DNA of 64,000 nucleotides from Escherichia coli (GTDB lineage Bacteria; Pseudomonadota; Gammaproteobacteria; Enterobacterales; Enterobacteriaceae): NCBI RefSeq assembly GCF_003334315.1, contig NZ_QOWR01000002.1; one strand, 5' to 3'. Shown piece by piece: positions 47,283 to 57,334 of this stretch (position 1 is its first letter; each line of letters starts with the position of its first letter). The notes under the pieces were generated by a model. It saw only the letters and a program-made list of their open reading frames with translations, ran no database searches and was not told where the DNA came from. The position numbers and the translations under genes were made by a program.

Positions 47283-47339
47283 AAACAACATCAGAAGTTG
47301 TCCAGCGCATGGACAACTTCTGCCAGCTTCACGAAAGCC

Positions 47340-47510
47340 TTATTCTACCTTTTCGGCTGTCTCTTCTCTCGTACTGTTTAAGTATTTGTTCCGCGCTTCA
47401 AGCAGTGCGTCTCTGTCCTGGCGAAACGCCCGACAATAACGTTTCAAATGCAGGAAATAACCCACCACAACCAGAGCAATCAATACAATCCAGTACCAGG
47501 CGATAAACAT
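47340..47510 (-). CDS. Putative small single-pass membrane protein (56 aa)
   Basis: ORF MFIAWYWIVLIALVVVGYFLHLKRYCRAFRQDRDALLEARNKYLNSTREETAEKVE; AAGGG Shine-Dalgarno 7 nt upstream of ATG at 47510; one predicted TM helix followed by charged tail. Confidence 0.45.
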   Translation of the reverse strand: MFIAWYWIVLIALVVVGYFLHLKRYCRAFRQDRDALLEARNKYLNSTREETAEKVE

Positions 47511-47712
47511 CCTTTTACCCTTAATATTTAACAATACTAAACATTTAGCGTATAAATTTCACATATCCTTTTTCGGATATATTCATATGGTCGCATAATA
47601 ACGGAACAATTATATGATTTTGATCATAATGAAAAAGAATGCCTGATATTAATGAAATTTTCTCATAGAAAGAGAAGCGGAATTAACATCTTGCATAGCA
47701 GGGAAAAATAAA

Positions 47713-47737
47713 AACCGAAGCCTGCTACAACTTCGGT
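47713..47737 (-). terminator. Rho-independent terminator downstream of ribB
   Basis: Minus-strand hairpin ACCGAAG…CTTCGGT followed by TTTTTATTTTTCC. Confidence 0.7.
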
Positions 47738-47771
47738 TTCTTGATTAAGGCAGTAAATTAAGCAGCGGTTT

Positions 47772-48425
47772 TCAGCTGGCTTTACGCTCATGTGCCTGAC
47801 GGTATGCCACCAGGTCTTCAATAGTCACGAGCGCCATATTGTGTTTATTGGCAAACTCAATACACTCTGGTGCACGCGCCATCGTGCCATCGTCATTAGT
47901 CAGCTCACACAGTACACCAGCCGGTTTAAAGCCTGCCAGCGTCATCAGATCAATAGTTGCTTCAGTATGACCGCCACGCGTCAGTACACCACCTGCCTGA
48001 GCGCGAAGTGGGAAAACGTGGCCAGGACGATTCAGATCTGACGGTTTTGCGCCATCGGCAATCGCTGCGCGAACGGTCGTAATACGGTCAGCGGCAGAAA
48101 CACCGGTAGTCACACCTTCAGCTGCTTCAATGGTCACGGTAAAACCGGTGCCATAGGCGCTGGTGTTATTTTCTACCATCATTGGCAGATCGAGTTGTTT
48201 ACGGCGATCTTCAGTAATGCACAGGCAAACAATACCGCTACCGTGGCGAATGGTCAGCGCCATCTGCTCAACAGTCATGGTTTCTGCCGGGAAGATCATA
48301 TCACCTTCGTTTTCACGGTCTTCATCATCAAGCACCATTACACCGCGTCCTTCACGCAGCGCAGCCAGTGCATTTTCAACACGTTCGAAAGGCGTACCAA
48401 AAGAGGAAAGTAGCGTCTGATTCAT
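47772..48425 (-). CDS. ribB: 3,4-dihydroxy-2-butanone 4-phosphate synthase
   Basis: 217-aa product [42 protein letters not shown]. Confidence 0.95.
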   Translation of the reverse strand: MNQTLLSSFGTPFERVENALAALREGRGVMVLDDEDRENEGDMIFPAETMTVEQMALTIRHGSGIVCLCITEDRRKQLDLPMMVENNTSAYGTGFTVTIEAAEGVTTGVSAADRITTVRAAIADGAKPSDLNRPGHVFPLRAQAGGVLTRGGHTEATIDLMTLAGFKPAGVLCELTNDDGTMARAPECIEFANKHNMALVTIEDLVAYRQAHERKAS

Positions 48426-48429
48426 GGTA

Positions 48430-48690
48430 AAAAAACCTCACTAAAATTATGGTTACCAGAATCAGGGCAGTCTTAGGAGTGGCGGCATATAGCCAAAATA
48501 ACGTGAGCGGGTCCATGCCCGACAGAATCGTTACTCTCTCCCATCCGGACTCTAACCGTCGGCCCCGGAATTACACCGGATCTGCTGTCCTTTGAGTTCG
48601 CACCCAAAGCGCTCGCGGGCTTTCAACTGAGTTGATTTACCGCCGGTGGGGAATTTCGCCCCGCCCTGAGAATAAGCGGATTCACTATAA
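48430..48690 (-). ncRNA. sroG: FMN riboswitch (RFN element, ribB leader / SroG)
   Basis: Minus-strand sequence CTTATTCTCAGGGCGGGGCGAAATTCCCCACCGGCGGTAAATCAACTCAGTTGAAAGCCCGCGAGCGCTTTGGGTGCGAACTCAAAGGACAGCAGATCCGGTGTAATTCCGGGGCCGACGGTTAGAGTCCGGATGGGAGAGAGTAACG matches the conserved FMN aptamer; lies in the 5' UTR of ribB. Confidence 0.85.
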
Positions 48691-48798
48691 CGCTAATGAT
48701 TAGCGGCAGCAACGCATAGCTTCACATAATTCTGGTTTATGACTTACCCTTATCGCACTACAATGGCACTCAACACCTATCAGTACAGGGAAACTACA

Positions 48799-49089
48799 AT
48801 GATTGACCCGAAAAAAATTGAGCAAATCGCTCGCCAGGTTCACGAATCAATGCCTAAAGGAATCAGGGAGTTCGGGGAAGATGTGGAGAAAAAAATCCGC
48901 CAAACCCTACAAGCGCAGCTGACGCGCCTCGACCTTGTAAGCCGTGAAGAGTTCGACGTCCAAACGCAAGTCCTGTTACGGACTCGTGAAAAACTGGCGC
49001 TGCTTGAACAAAGAATCAGCGAACTGGAAAATCGCAGTACTGAGATCAAAAAGCAGCCAGATCCAGAGACTCTCCCCCCAACGCTGTAA
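48799..49089 (+). CDS. ubiK: Ubiquinone biosynthesis accessory factor UbiK (YqiC)
   Basis: 96-aa coiled-coil product from [21 protein letters not shown]; track start 48739 rejected. Confidence 0.85.
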
Positions 49090-49372
49090 ACATTCGTCTT
49101 TAATGCACTGTAAATTATGAATTAATCCTCTAATTTATAGTGCTTTCTATTACCTTATCGCGTAATCCCATTCAGAAAACCATCACAAAAATGAATGAGT
49201 ACAATTGAAAGTATAATTGCAATGTATTTTTTAAGTTTTACTTAATCGATATTTAGATAAACTAATTTTATAAAAAACACAAAATAAAATATCATATTTC
49301 AATGATTAGTAGTCCTTAAATAACAGTTACTAATCATTCTCTTTTCTACTTATCTTTATATAAAGGAATATT

Positions 49373-49924
49373 ATGTCCGCTTTTAAAAAGTCACTTCTTG
49401 TTGCTGGCGTAGCAATGATTCTTTCCAATAACGTGTTTGCTGATGAAGGTCACGGTATTGTTAAATTTAAAGGTGAAGTTATCTCTGCTCCATGTTCTAT
49501 TAAACCAGGTGACGAAGATTTAACTGTAAATCTGGGTGAAGTAGCAGATACCGTACTGAAAAGCGATCAGAAATCTTTGGCTGAACCTTTCACTATTCAC
49601 CTGCAGGACTGCATGCTGAGTCAGGGTGGAACTACTTATTCAAAAGCGAAGGTTACTTTCACTACAGCAAATACCATGACGGGTCAGTCTGATCTTCTGA
49701 AAAATACCAAAGAAACTGAAATCGGCGGCGCCACTGGCGTTGGCGTACGTATTCTGGACAGCCAGAGCGGCGAAGTAACTTTAGGTACTCCGGTAGTAAT
49801 TACGTTCAACAATACCAACAGCTATCAGGAACTGAATTTCAAAGCTCGTATGGAATCCCCAAGCAAAGATGCCACCCCGGGCAACGTTTACGCTCAGGCT
49901 GACTACAAGATTGCTTACGAGTAA
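49373..49924 (+). CDS. ygiL: Fimbrial major subunit-like protein YgiL
   Basis: 183-aa product with signal peptide and C-terminal fimbrial beta-strand YKIAYE. Confidence 0.85.
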   Translation: MSAFKKSLLVAGVAMILSNNVFADEGHGIVKFKGEVISAPCSIKPGDEDLTVNLGEVADTVLKSDQKSLAEPFTIHLQDCMLSQGGTTYSKAKVTFTTANTMTGQSDLLKNTKETEIGGATGVGVRILDSQSGEVTLGTPVVITFNNTNSYQELNFKARMESPSKDATPGNVYAQADYKIAYE

Positions 49925-49974
49925 TCGCATTTGGCCGGGTTCGCCCGGCCACATCATTAACGGATTAATGATAA

Positions 49975-52488
49975 GTGGATCAGATGTATAAAAAATTAAA
50001 ATTAACCACAATAAGCGAATTGATTAAAAATATTTATTGTTCATTATCCGTTATCATCATTGGTTGTGCGTCAGCTTATGCCGTTGAATTCAACAAAGAT
50101 TTAATCGAAGCCGAAGATCGTGAAAACGTTAACCTTTCCCAATTTGAAACTGATGGCCAATTACCCGTCGGCAAATATTCACTAAGCACTCTGATTAATA
50201 ATAAGAGGACGCCAATCCACCTTGACCTCCAATGGGTATTAATTGATAACCAAACTGCAGTTTGCGTGACACCAGAGCAATTAACATTATTAGGGTTTAC
50301 TGATGAATTTATTGAAAAAACTCAGCAAAACCTGATCGATGGTTGTTACCCTATCGAAAAAGAAAAACAAATTACAACTTATCTCGATAAAGGGAAAATG
50401 CAATTATCCATATCTGCACCTCAGGCATGGTTAAAATACAAAGATGCAAACTGGACGCCTCCTGAACTTTGGAATCATGGTATTGCTGGGGCATTTCTTG
50501 ACTACAATTTATATGCCTCTCATTATGCACCACATCAGGGCGATAATTCGCAAAATATAAGTTCCTATGGGCAGGCTGGGGTTAATCTTGGGGCCTGGCG
50601 CCTGCGTACTGATTACCAGTACGATCAGTCATTTAACAATGGCAAAAGCCAGGCGACCAACCTGGATTTTCCGCGTATTTATTTGTTTCGCCCAATCCCA
50701 GCAATGAATGCAAAACTAACTATAGGTCAATACGATACTGAATCCTCTATTTTCGACTCTTTCCATTTTTCTGGCATTTCGTTGAAAAGCGATGAGAATA
50801 TGTTACCGCCAGACCTACGTGGTTACGCACCGCAAATCACGGGTGTCGCACAAACGAATGCAAAGGTCACTGTCTCACAGAACAACCGTATTATTTATCA
50901 AGAAAATGTTCCTCCAGGCCCATTTGCTATTACCAATTTATTCAATACATTACAGGGGCAACTTGACGTCAAGGTTGAAGAAGAGGACGGACGCGTTACG
51001 CAATGGCAAGTTGCATCTAATAGTATTCCTTATCTGACGCGTAAAGGGCAGATTCGCTACACCACTGCTATGGGTAAACCGACCAGCGTTGGTGGTGATT
51101 CCTTACAACAACCCTTCTTCTGGACTGGTGAATTCTCATGGGGTTGGCTGAACAATGTATCCCTGTATGGTGGTTCAGTTTTAACAAACCGTGATTATCA
51201 ATCTCTGGCTGCCGGCGTTGGTTTTAACCTTAACTCATTAGGTTCATTATCTTTTGATGTCACACGATCTGATGCTCAGTTGCATAATCAGGATAAAGAA
51301 ACGGGTTATAGCTACCGCGCTAACTATTCAAAACGTTTTGAATCTACCGGTAGCCAGCTCACTTTCGCTGGTTACCGTTTCTCTGATAAAAACTTTGTGA
51401 CAATGAATGAATATATCAATGACACTAACCATTACACGAATTATCAGAATGAAAAAGAGAGTTATATTGTCACGTTTAACCAGTATCTTGAATCATTAAG
51501 GTTAAATACATACGTAAGTTTGGCTCGTAATACTTACTGGGACGCCAGCAGTAATGTGAATTATTCATTATCACTTAGCCGCGATTTTGATATCGGGCCA
51601 TTAAAAAACGTCTCCACTTCTCTAACATTTAGCCGAATAAACTGGGAAGAAGACAACCAGGATCAACTGTACCTAAATATTTCGATTCCCTGGGGAACTA
51701 GTAGAACATTGAGCTATGGTATGCAACGAAATCAGGATAATGAGATTTCGCATACTGCTTCGTGGTATGACTCTTCCGATCGAAATAATTCCTGGAGCGT
51801 TTCTGCTTCAGGCGACAATGATGAATTCAAAGATATGAAAGCGTCACTACGCGCCAGTTATCAGCATAATACCGAGAACGGTCGACTCTACCTCTCCGGT
51901 ACATCACAGCGAGACAGTTATTATTCTCTGAATGCCAGTTGGAATGGTTCATTCACTGCGACTCGCCACGGTGCCGCTTTCCACGACTATAGCGGTAGTG
52001 CTGACTCGCGTTTTATGATCGACGCAGACGGCACTGAAGATATTCCGTTGAACAATAAACGCGCGGTAACTAATCGGTATGGCATCGGAGTTATTCCATC
52101 AGTCAGCAGTTACATAACAACATCATTAAGTGTTGATACCCGAAATCTGCCAGAAAATGTGGATATCGAAAACTCGGTTATCACCACCACCTTAACCGAG
52201 GGTGCTATTGGCTACGCCAAACTTGATACCCGCAAGGGCTACCAAATCATAGGGGTTATTCGCCTGGCAGATGGTAGTCATCCACCACTGGGGATTAGCG
52301 TAAAAGATGAAACCAGCCACAAAGAATTAGGACTGGTTGCTGATGGCGGCTTTGTATACCTCAACGGCATTCAGGATGATAACAAACTTGCTTTACGCTG
52401 GGGTGACAAATCTTGTTTTATTCAACCACCCAATAGCAGCAACTTAACCACCGGAACGGCTATTTTACCGTGTATTAGCCAAAATTAA
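49975..52488 (+). CDS. yqiG: Fimbrial outer membrane usher YqiG (apparently intact)
   Basis: 837-aa uninterrupted ORF with usher-family features; no IS element between ygiL and yqiG. Confidence 0.85.
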   Translation: MDQMYKKLKLTTISELIKNIYCSLSVIIIGCASAYAVEFNKDLIEAEDRENVNLSQFETDGQLPVGKYSLSTLINNKRTPIHLDLQWVLIDNQTAVCVTPEQLTLLGFTDEFIEKTQQNLIDGCYPIEKEKQITTYLDKGKMQLSISAPQAWLKYKDANWTPPELWNHGIAGAFLDYNLYASHYAPHQGDNSQNISSYGQAGVNLGAWRLRTDYQYDQSFNNGKSQATNLDFPRIYLFRPIPAMNAKLTIGQYDTESSIFDSFHFSGISLKSDENMLPPDLRGYAPQITGVAQTNAKVTVSQNNRIIYQENVPPGPFAITNLFNTLQGQLDVKVEEEDGRVTQWQVASNSIPYLTRKGQIRYTTAMGKPTSVGGDSLQQPFFWTGEFSWGWLNNVSLYGGSVLTNRDYQSLAAGVGFNLNSLGSLSFDVTRSDAQLHNQDKETGYSYRANYSKRFESTGSQLTFAGYRFSDKNFVTMNEYINDTNHYTNYQNEKESYIVTFNQYLESLRLNTYVSLARNTYWDASSNVNYSLSLSRDFDIGPLKNVSTSLTFSRINWEEDNQDQLYLNISIPWGTSRTLSYGMQRNQDNEISHTASWYDSSDRNNSWSVSASGDNDEFKDMKASLRASYQHNTENGRLYLSGTSQRDSYYSLNASWNGSFTATRHGAAFHDYSGSADSRFMIDADGTEDIPLNNKRAVTNRYGIGVIPSVSSYITTSLSVDTRNLPENVDIENSVITTTLTEGAIGYAKLDTRKGYQIIGVIRLADGSHPPLGISVKDETSHKELGLVADGGFVYLNGIQDDNKLALRWGDKSCFIQPPNSSNLTTGTAILPCISQN

Positions 52489-52494
52489 TTCAGG

Positions 52495-53253
52495 ATGAAA
52501 CTAATGCGCTACTTAAATACAAAGAATATCATTGCAGCAGGAGTATTACTCTCCTGTATGAGCAGCATTGCCTGGGGTGCCATCATCCCGGATCGTACCC
52601 GTATCATAATGAATGAGTCAGATAAAGGCGAAGCATTAAAACTTACTAATCAAAGTAAAAACCTGCCCTATCTGGCCCAAACATGGATAGAAGATACGAA
52701 AGGCAATAAATCGCGTGACTTTATTGTCACTGTTCCTCCAATGGTGCGTTTAAATCCCAGTGAGCAAATTCAAATAAGAATGATAACTCAGGAAAAAATT
52801 GCTCAACTTCCTAAAGACAGAGAAACGCTCTTCTATTTTAACGTGCGAGAAATACCGCCCAAAACAGATAAAAAAAATGTGATGCAAGTCACTATGCAGC
52901 ACGCATTGAAACTATTCTGGCGGCCAAAATCCATTGAATTAGAAGACGATGGGGTAATGACTTACGAAAAAGTTGAAATCATTCGTAGAAATGACGGTTC
53001 GATCCGCTTTAACAATAAGATGCCTTATCACGTTACGCTGGGTTATATCGGAACAAATGGGGTAACGATGTTACCACAAACGCAAAGCTTAATGGTAACC
53101 CCTTTTAGCTATGCAAATACGCAGTTTAAAAATGTTCCGTCAACTTTTCAGGTGGGTTATATCAATGACTTTGGTGGATTAAGTTTTTATGAAATAAACT
53201 GCCCTGTAGTAAATAACATTTGTAATATTTCTGTAGCCAACCGAGATCAATAA
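52495..53253 (+). CDS. yqiH: Periplasmic fimbrial chaperone YqiH (PapD-like)
   Basis: 252-aa ORF with signal peptide; start may be ATG at 52504. Confidence 0.85.
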   Translation: MKLMRYLNTKNIIAAGVLLSCMSSIAWGAIIPDRTRIIMNESDKGEALKLTNQSKNLPYLAQTWIEDTKGNKSRDFIVTVPPMVRLNPSEQIQIRMITQEKIAQLPKDRETLFYFNVREIPPKTDKKNVMQVTMQHALKLFWRPKSIELEDDGVMTYEKVEIIRRNDGSIRFNNKMPYHVTLGYIGTNGVTMLPQTQSLMVTPFSYANTQFKNVPSTFQVGYINDFGGLSFYEINCPVVNNICNISVANRDQ

Positions 53254-53254
53254 T

Positions 53255-54319
53255 ATGCGCTACTTGTTAATTGTTATTACTTTTTTTATGGGTTTTAGTT
53301 CATTACCTGCATGGGCAATGGACTGCTATGCTGAACATGAAGGTGGAAATACCGTTGTCATTGGTTACGTACCAAGAATCTCTATCCCCAGCGATGGTAA
53401 AAAAGGTGATAAAATCTGGCAAAGCAGTGAATATTTTATGAATGTTTTCTGTAATAATGCACTACCAGGCCCATCTCCAGGAGAAGAATACCCATCTGCA
53501 TGGGTAAATATAATGATGTTGTTAGCATCAGGTCAAGACTTTTATAATCAAAACTCTTATACTTTCGGTGTAACTTATAATGGGGTTGATTATGATTCTA
53601 CATCTCCACTACCTATTGCAGCACCTGTATGTATTGATATAAAAGGAGCCGGAACCTTCGGGAATGGCTACAAAAAGCCCGCAGTCTGTAGTGGCGGTCC
53701 TGAACCGCAATTATCAGTAACTTTTCCAGTACGAGTGCAGCTATATATTAAGCTAGCTAAAAATGCCAATAAAGTAAATAAAAAACTTGTATTACCTGAC
53801 GAATATATAGCACTTGAATTTAAAGGTATGAGCGGAGCAGGTGCTATAGAAGTAGATAAAAATCTGACCTTCAGGATTCGCGGATTAAATAACATTCATG
53901 TCCTTGACTGCTTTGTTAATGTTGATCTGGAACCAGCTGATGGCGTTGTCGACTTTGGTAAAATAAATTCCCGAACAATTAAAAATACCAGCGTGAGTGA
54001 GACGTTTAGCGTAGTCATGACCAAAGATCCGGGTGCGGCCTGTACTGAGCAGTTTAATATTTTAGGGAGTTTTTTCACTACGGATATTTTGAGTGATTAT
54101 AGCCATCTGGATATAGGTAATGGTCTGCTATTGAAGATATTTCATAACGATGGAACAGCAACGGAATTTAACCGCTTCTCACAATTTGCTTCTTTTTCAT
54201 CGTCTAGTGCGCCTTCGGTCACCGCACCATTCAGGGCAGAACTGAGTGCGAACCCGGCAGAAACGGTTGTTGAGGGACCGTTTAGTAAAGACGTAATCCT
54301 GAAAATCACCTATAACTAG
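53255..54319 (+). CDS. yqiI: Fimbrial adhesin-like protein YqiI
   Basis: 354-aa secreted ORF ending the chaperone-usher cluster. Confidence 0.8.
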   Translation: MRYLLIVITFFMGFSSLPAWAMDCYAEHEGGNTVVIGYVPRISIPSDGKKGDKIWQSSEYFMNVFCNNALPGPSPGEEYPSAWVNIMMLLASGQDFYNQNSYTFGVTYNGVDYDSTSPLPIAAPVCIDIKGAGTFGNGYKKPAVCSGGPEPQLSVTFPVRVQLYIKLAKNANKVNKKLVLPDEYIALEFKGMSGAGAIEVDKNLTFRIRGLNNIHVLDCFVNVDLEPADGVVDFGKINSRTIKNTSVSETFSVVMTKDPGAACTEQFNILGSFFTTDILSDYSHLDIGNGLLLKIFHNDGTATEFNRFSQFASFSSSSAPSVTAPFRAELSANPAETVVEGPFSKDVILKITYN

Positions 54320-54339
54320 TATCTAATACAAACACTAAA

Positions 54340-54361
54340 ACGGGCCATCAGGCCCGTTATA
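54340..54361. terminator. Stem-loop between convergent yqiI and glgS
   Basis: AACGGGCC…GGCCCGTT inverted repeat. Confidence 0.5.
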
Positions 54362-54562
54362 TCAGTGCTCTAACTCCAGCTCTCTTGCCTGCATCATCTG
54401 TTGACAATACCAGGCATAACGTGCGCAAAACCAGGTTCTATGTTCTTCATCCATGTTACCAGTAACGGCCAGAATATCGACCGGGCGACCTTCTGCGTGC
54501 ATTCTGGCAAAACTACGCGCCAGGAAATCGAAATTATTTAAAGAATTAAGACTATGATCCAT
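54362..54562 (-). CDS. glgS: Surface composition regulator GlgS
   Basis: 66-aa product [66 protein letters not shown]. Confidence 0.9.
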
Positions 54563-54830
54563 AAGCACATCCTCCGGTTATCGCATACCTTTTAAGGCCA
54601 TATGCTTTTTCTGATTTCAGTATTCCCCAATCAGTGTAGTGCCTTTAAACATAACGTGCGTAAATATATTGTCCCCGATCACACTTTTTAGTGAAAAATA
54701 AAAAACCATATTAAAAGACTTTCTCTTCCAGAACTTCTCTAACCTGTGTTATTATTAACACAGATAAATGTAAGCAAGGAAACTATTACAAAGTAAATAT
54801 TGCGTCACTAAATGGACATTGGAGTGATAT

Positions 54831-55460
54831 ATGATTTTATTCGCCGACTATAACACCCCTTATCTTTTCGCTATTTCCTTTGTACTGTTGATCGGCCTGT
54901 TAGAAATTTTTGCGCTTATCTGCGGTCACATGCTCTCCGGTGCTCTTGATGCACATCTTGACCATTATGATTCCATAACCACAGGTCATATTAGCCAGGC
55001 ACTTCTTTATCTCAATATTGGAAGATTGCCAGCTCTCGTCGTTCTCTGCTTACTGGCTGGTTTTTTTGGTCTTATTGGCATCCTGTTGCAGCATGCCTGC
55101 ATCATGGTCTGGCAATCACCACTGTCGAACCTGTTCGTGGTTCCTGTCAGTTTACTGTTTACGATTATTGCGGTGCATTATACCGGTAAAATAGTTGCGC
55201 CCTGGATTCCACGCGACCATAGTTCAGCTATTACAGAAGAAGAATATATTGGTAGCATGGCGTTAATTACCGGTCATCAAGCCACTTCAGGTAATCCCTG
55301 CGAAGGAAAACTCACCGATCAATTTGGCCAAATACATTATTTACTACTGGAGCCTGAAGAAGGAAAAATTTTCACTAAAGGAGACAAAGTGTTAATTATT
55401 TGCCGACTTTCTGCAACGCGATATTTGGCGGAAAACAATCCCTGGCCCCAAATATTGTAA
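54831..55460 (+). CDS. yqiJ: NfeD-like inner membrane protein YqiJ (DUF1449)
   Basis: 209-aa ORF with N-terminal TM helices and C-terminal OB-like soluble domain. Confidence 0.85.
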   Translation: MILFADYNTPYLFAISFVLLIGLLEIFALICGHMLSGALDAHLDHYDSITTGHISQALLYLNIGRLPALVVLCLLAGFFGLIGILLQHACIMVWQSPLSNLFVVPVSLLFTIIAVHYTGKIVAPWIPRDHSSAITEEEYIGSMALITGHQATSGNPCEGKLTDQFGQIHYLLLEPEEGKIFTKGDKVLIICRLSATRYLAENNPWPQIL

Positions 55461-55486
55461 TTTATTAATCAAAAGGAAATTTAATA

Positions 55487-57148
55487 ATGGATGATATTGT
55501 TAATTCTGTGCCCTCCTGGATGTTTACCGCGATTATTGCCGTATGCATTCTGTTTATTATTGGAATTATTTTCGCCAGGCTCTATCGTCGCGCTTCGGCA
55601 GAGCAAGCTTTTGTTCGTACTGGTTTAGGTGGGCAAAAAGTGGTAATGAGCGGTGGCGCAATCGTGATGCCGATCTTTCATGAAATAATCCCCATCAATA
55701 TGAATACTCTGAAGCTGGAAGTCAGCCGCTCAACCATTGATAGCCTGATTACGAAAGATCGTATGCGCGTCGATGTAGTAGTCGCTTTCTTTGTGCGGGT
55801 AAAACCTTCAGTAGAAGGGATTGCCACCGCTGCCCAGACGCTGGGGCAACGCACCCTGTCGCCTGAAGACTTACGTATGTTGGTTGAAGATAAATTTGTC
55901 GATGCCCTCCGTGCAACAGCTGCGCAAATGACCATGCATGAGTTACAGGATACCCGCGAGAACTTCGTGCAGGGGGTGCAAAATACAGTGGCAGAAGACC
56001 TGTCGAAAAACGGTCTGGAACTGGAGAGCGTTTCACTTACCAACTTTAACCAGACCTCGAAAGAACATTTCAATCCGAACAATGCCTTTGACGCCGAAGG
56101 TTTAACCAAACTGACTCAGGAAACAGAGCGCCGTCGCCGCGAACGTAACGAAGTTGAACAGGATGTAGAAGTTGCGGTGCGTGAAAAAAATCGCGATGCG
56201 CTATCGCGCAAGCTGGAGATTGAACAGCAAGAAGCGTTTATGACGCTTGAGCAGGAGCAGCAGGTTAAAACCCGTACTGCCGAACAGAATGCACGTATTG
56301 CGGCTTTTGAAGCTGAACGTCGTCGTGAAGCAGAGCAGACACGAATTCTGGCTGAACGACAGATTCAGGAAACAGAAATCGACCGCGAACAGGCCGTCCG
56401 CTCAAGAAAGGTTGAAGCTGAACGTGAAGTTCGCATTAAAGAGATCGAACAGCAGCAGGTCACCGAAATCGCTAACCAGACGAAATCGATCGCTATTGCC
56501 GCCAAATCGGAACAACAGTCCCAGGCAGAAGCGCGTGCTAATCTCGCACTTGCAGAAGCGGTAAGCGCCCAACAAAACGTAGAAACCACTCGCCAGACTG
56601 CCGAAGCCGATCGTGCTAAACAAGTTGCCCTAATCGCTGCCGCGCAGGATGCAGAAACCAAAGCGGTTGAACTGACCGTGCGGGCGAAAGCAGAAAAAGA
56701 AGCCGCAGAGATGCAGGCGGCGGCTATCGTTGAGTTAGCCGAAGCTACACGTAAAAAGGGTCTGGCGGAAGCAGAAGCACAACGTGCGCTGAACGATGCT
56801 ATCAACGTACTTTCTGATGAACAAACCAGCCTTAAATTCAAACTGGCCTTGTTGCAGGCGCTGCCTGCGGTAATAGAGAAATCCGTTGAGCCGATGAAGT
56901 CAATCGACGGTATCAAGATTATTCAGGTCGATGGTCTGAATCGTGGCGGCGCTGCGGGTGATGCGAGTACAGGTAGCGTTAGTGGAGGAAACCTTGCAGA
57001 GCAGGCATTGTCTGCCGCCCTTTCTTACCGCACACAGGCACCGCTGATTGACTCCTTGCTCAATGAAATTGGTGTTTCAGGCGGCTCACTGACGGCATTG
57101 ACTTCACCCTTAACCTCAACAACTCCCGTCGCCGAAAACGTAGAATAA
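55487..57148 (+). CDS. yqiK: Flotillin-like SPFH/Band-7 domain protein YqiK
   Basis: 553-aa ORF with N-terminal TM anchor, SPFH domain and long Ala/Glu-rich coiled-coil. Confidence 0.9.
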   Translation: MDDIVNSVPSWMFTAIIAVCILFIIGIIFARLYRRASAEQAFVRTGLGGQKVVMSGGAIVMPIFHEIIPINMNTLKLEVSRSTIDSLITKDRMRVDVVVAFFVRVKPSVEGIATAAQTLGQRTLSPEDLRMLVEDKFVDALRATAAQMTMHELQDTRENFVQGVQNTVAEDLSKNGLELESVSLTNFNQTSKEHFNPNNAFDAEGLTKLTQETERRRRERNEVEQDVEVAVREKNRDALSRKLEIEQQEAFMTLEQEQQVKTRTAEQNARIAAFEAERRREAEQTRILAERQIQETEIDREQAVRSRKVEAEREVRIKEIEQQQVTEIANQTKSIAIAAKSEQQSQAEARANLALAEAVSAQQNVETTRQTAEADRAKQVALIAAAQDAETKAVELTVRAKAEKEAAEMQAAAIVELAEATRKKGLAEAEAQRALNDAINVLSDEQTSLKFKLALLQALPAVIEKSVEPMKSIDGIKIIQVDGLNRGGAAGDASTGSVSGGNLAEQALSAALSYRTQAPLIDSLLNEIGVSGGSLTALTSPLTSTTPVAENVE

Positions 57149-57334
57149 ATTTTCAGCTATGAACGTCCCTGGCACAAAAAGCCGGGGATTTTTTATATCT
57201 GCGTTCCGCTAAAAAGTGCAAATGATCAGGTTGTTGCAGCATTTTGCGTGACGGCTCGGGGAAGGCAAAACTGCATCAGAGAAAGCATTGCGTGGGGTCT
57301 GGCGCTCATCAACAATCGGGGAGTCAGCAGGGGG

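Noticed and set aside
49090-54319. Possibility that the AT-rich yqi cluster is a prophage or integrative island
   Set aside because: No integrase, tRNA attachment site or phage structural genes; the content is a standard chaperone-usher operon present at this position in the E. coli backbone.
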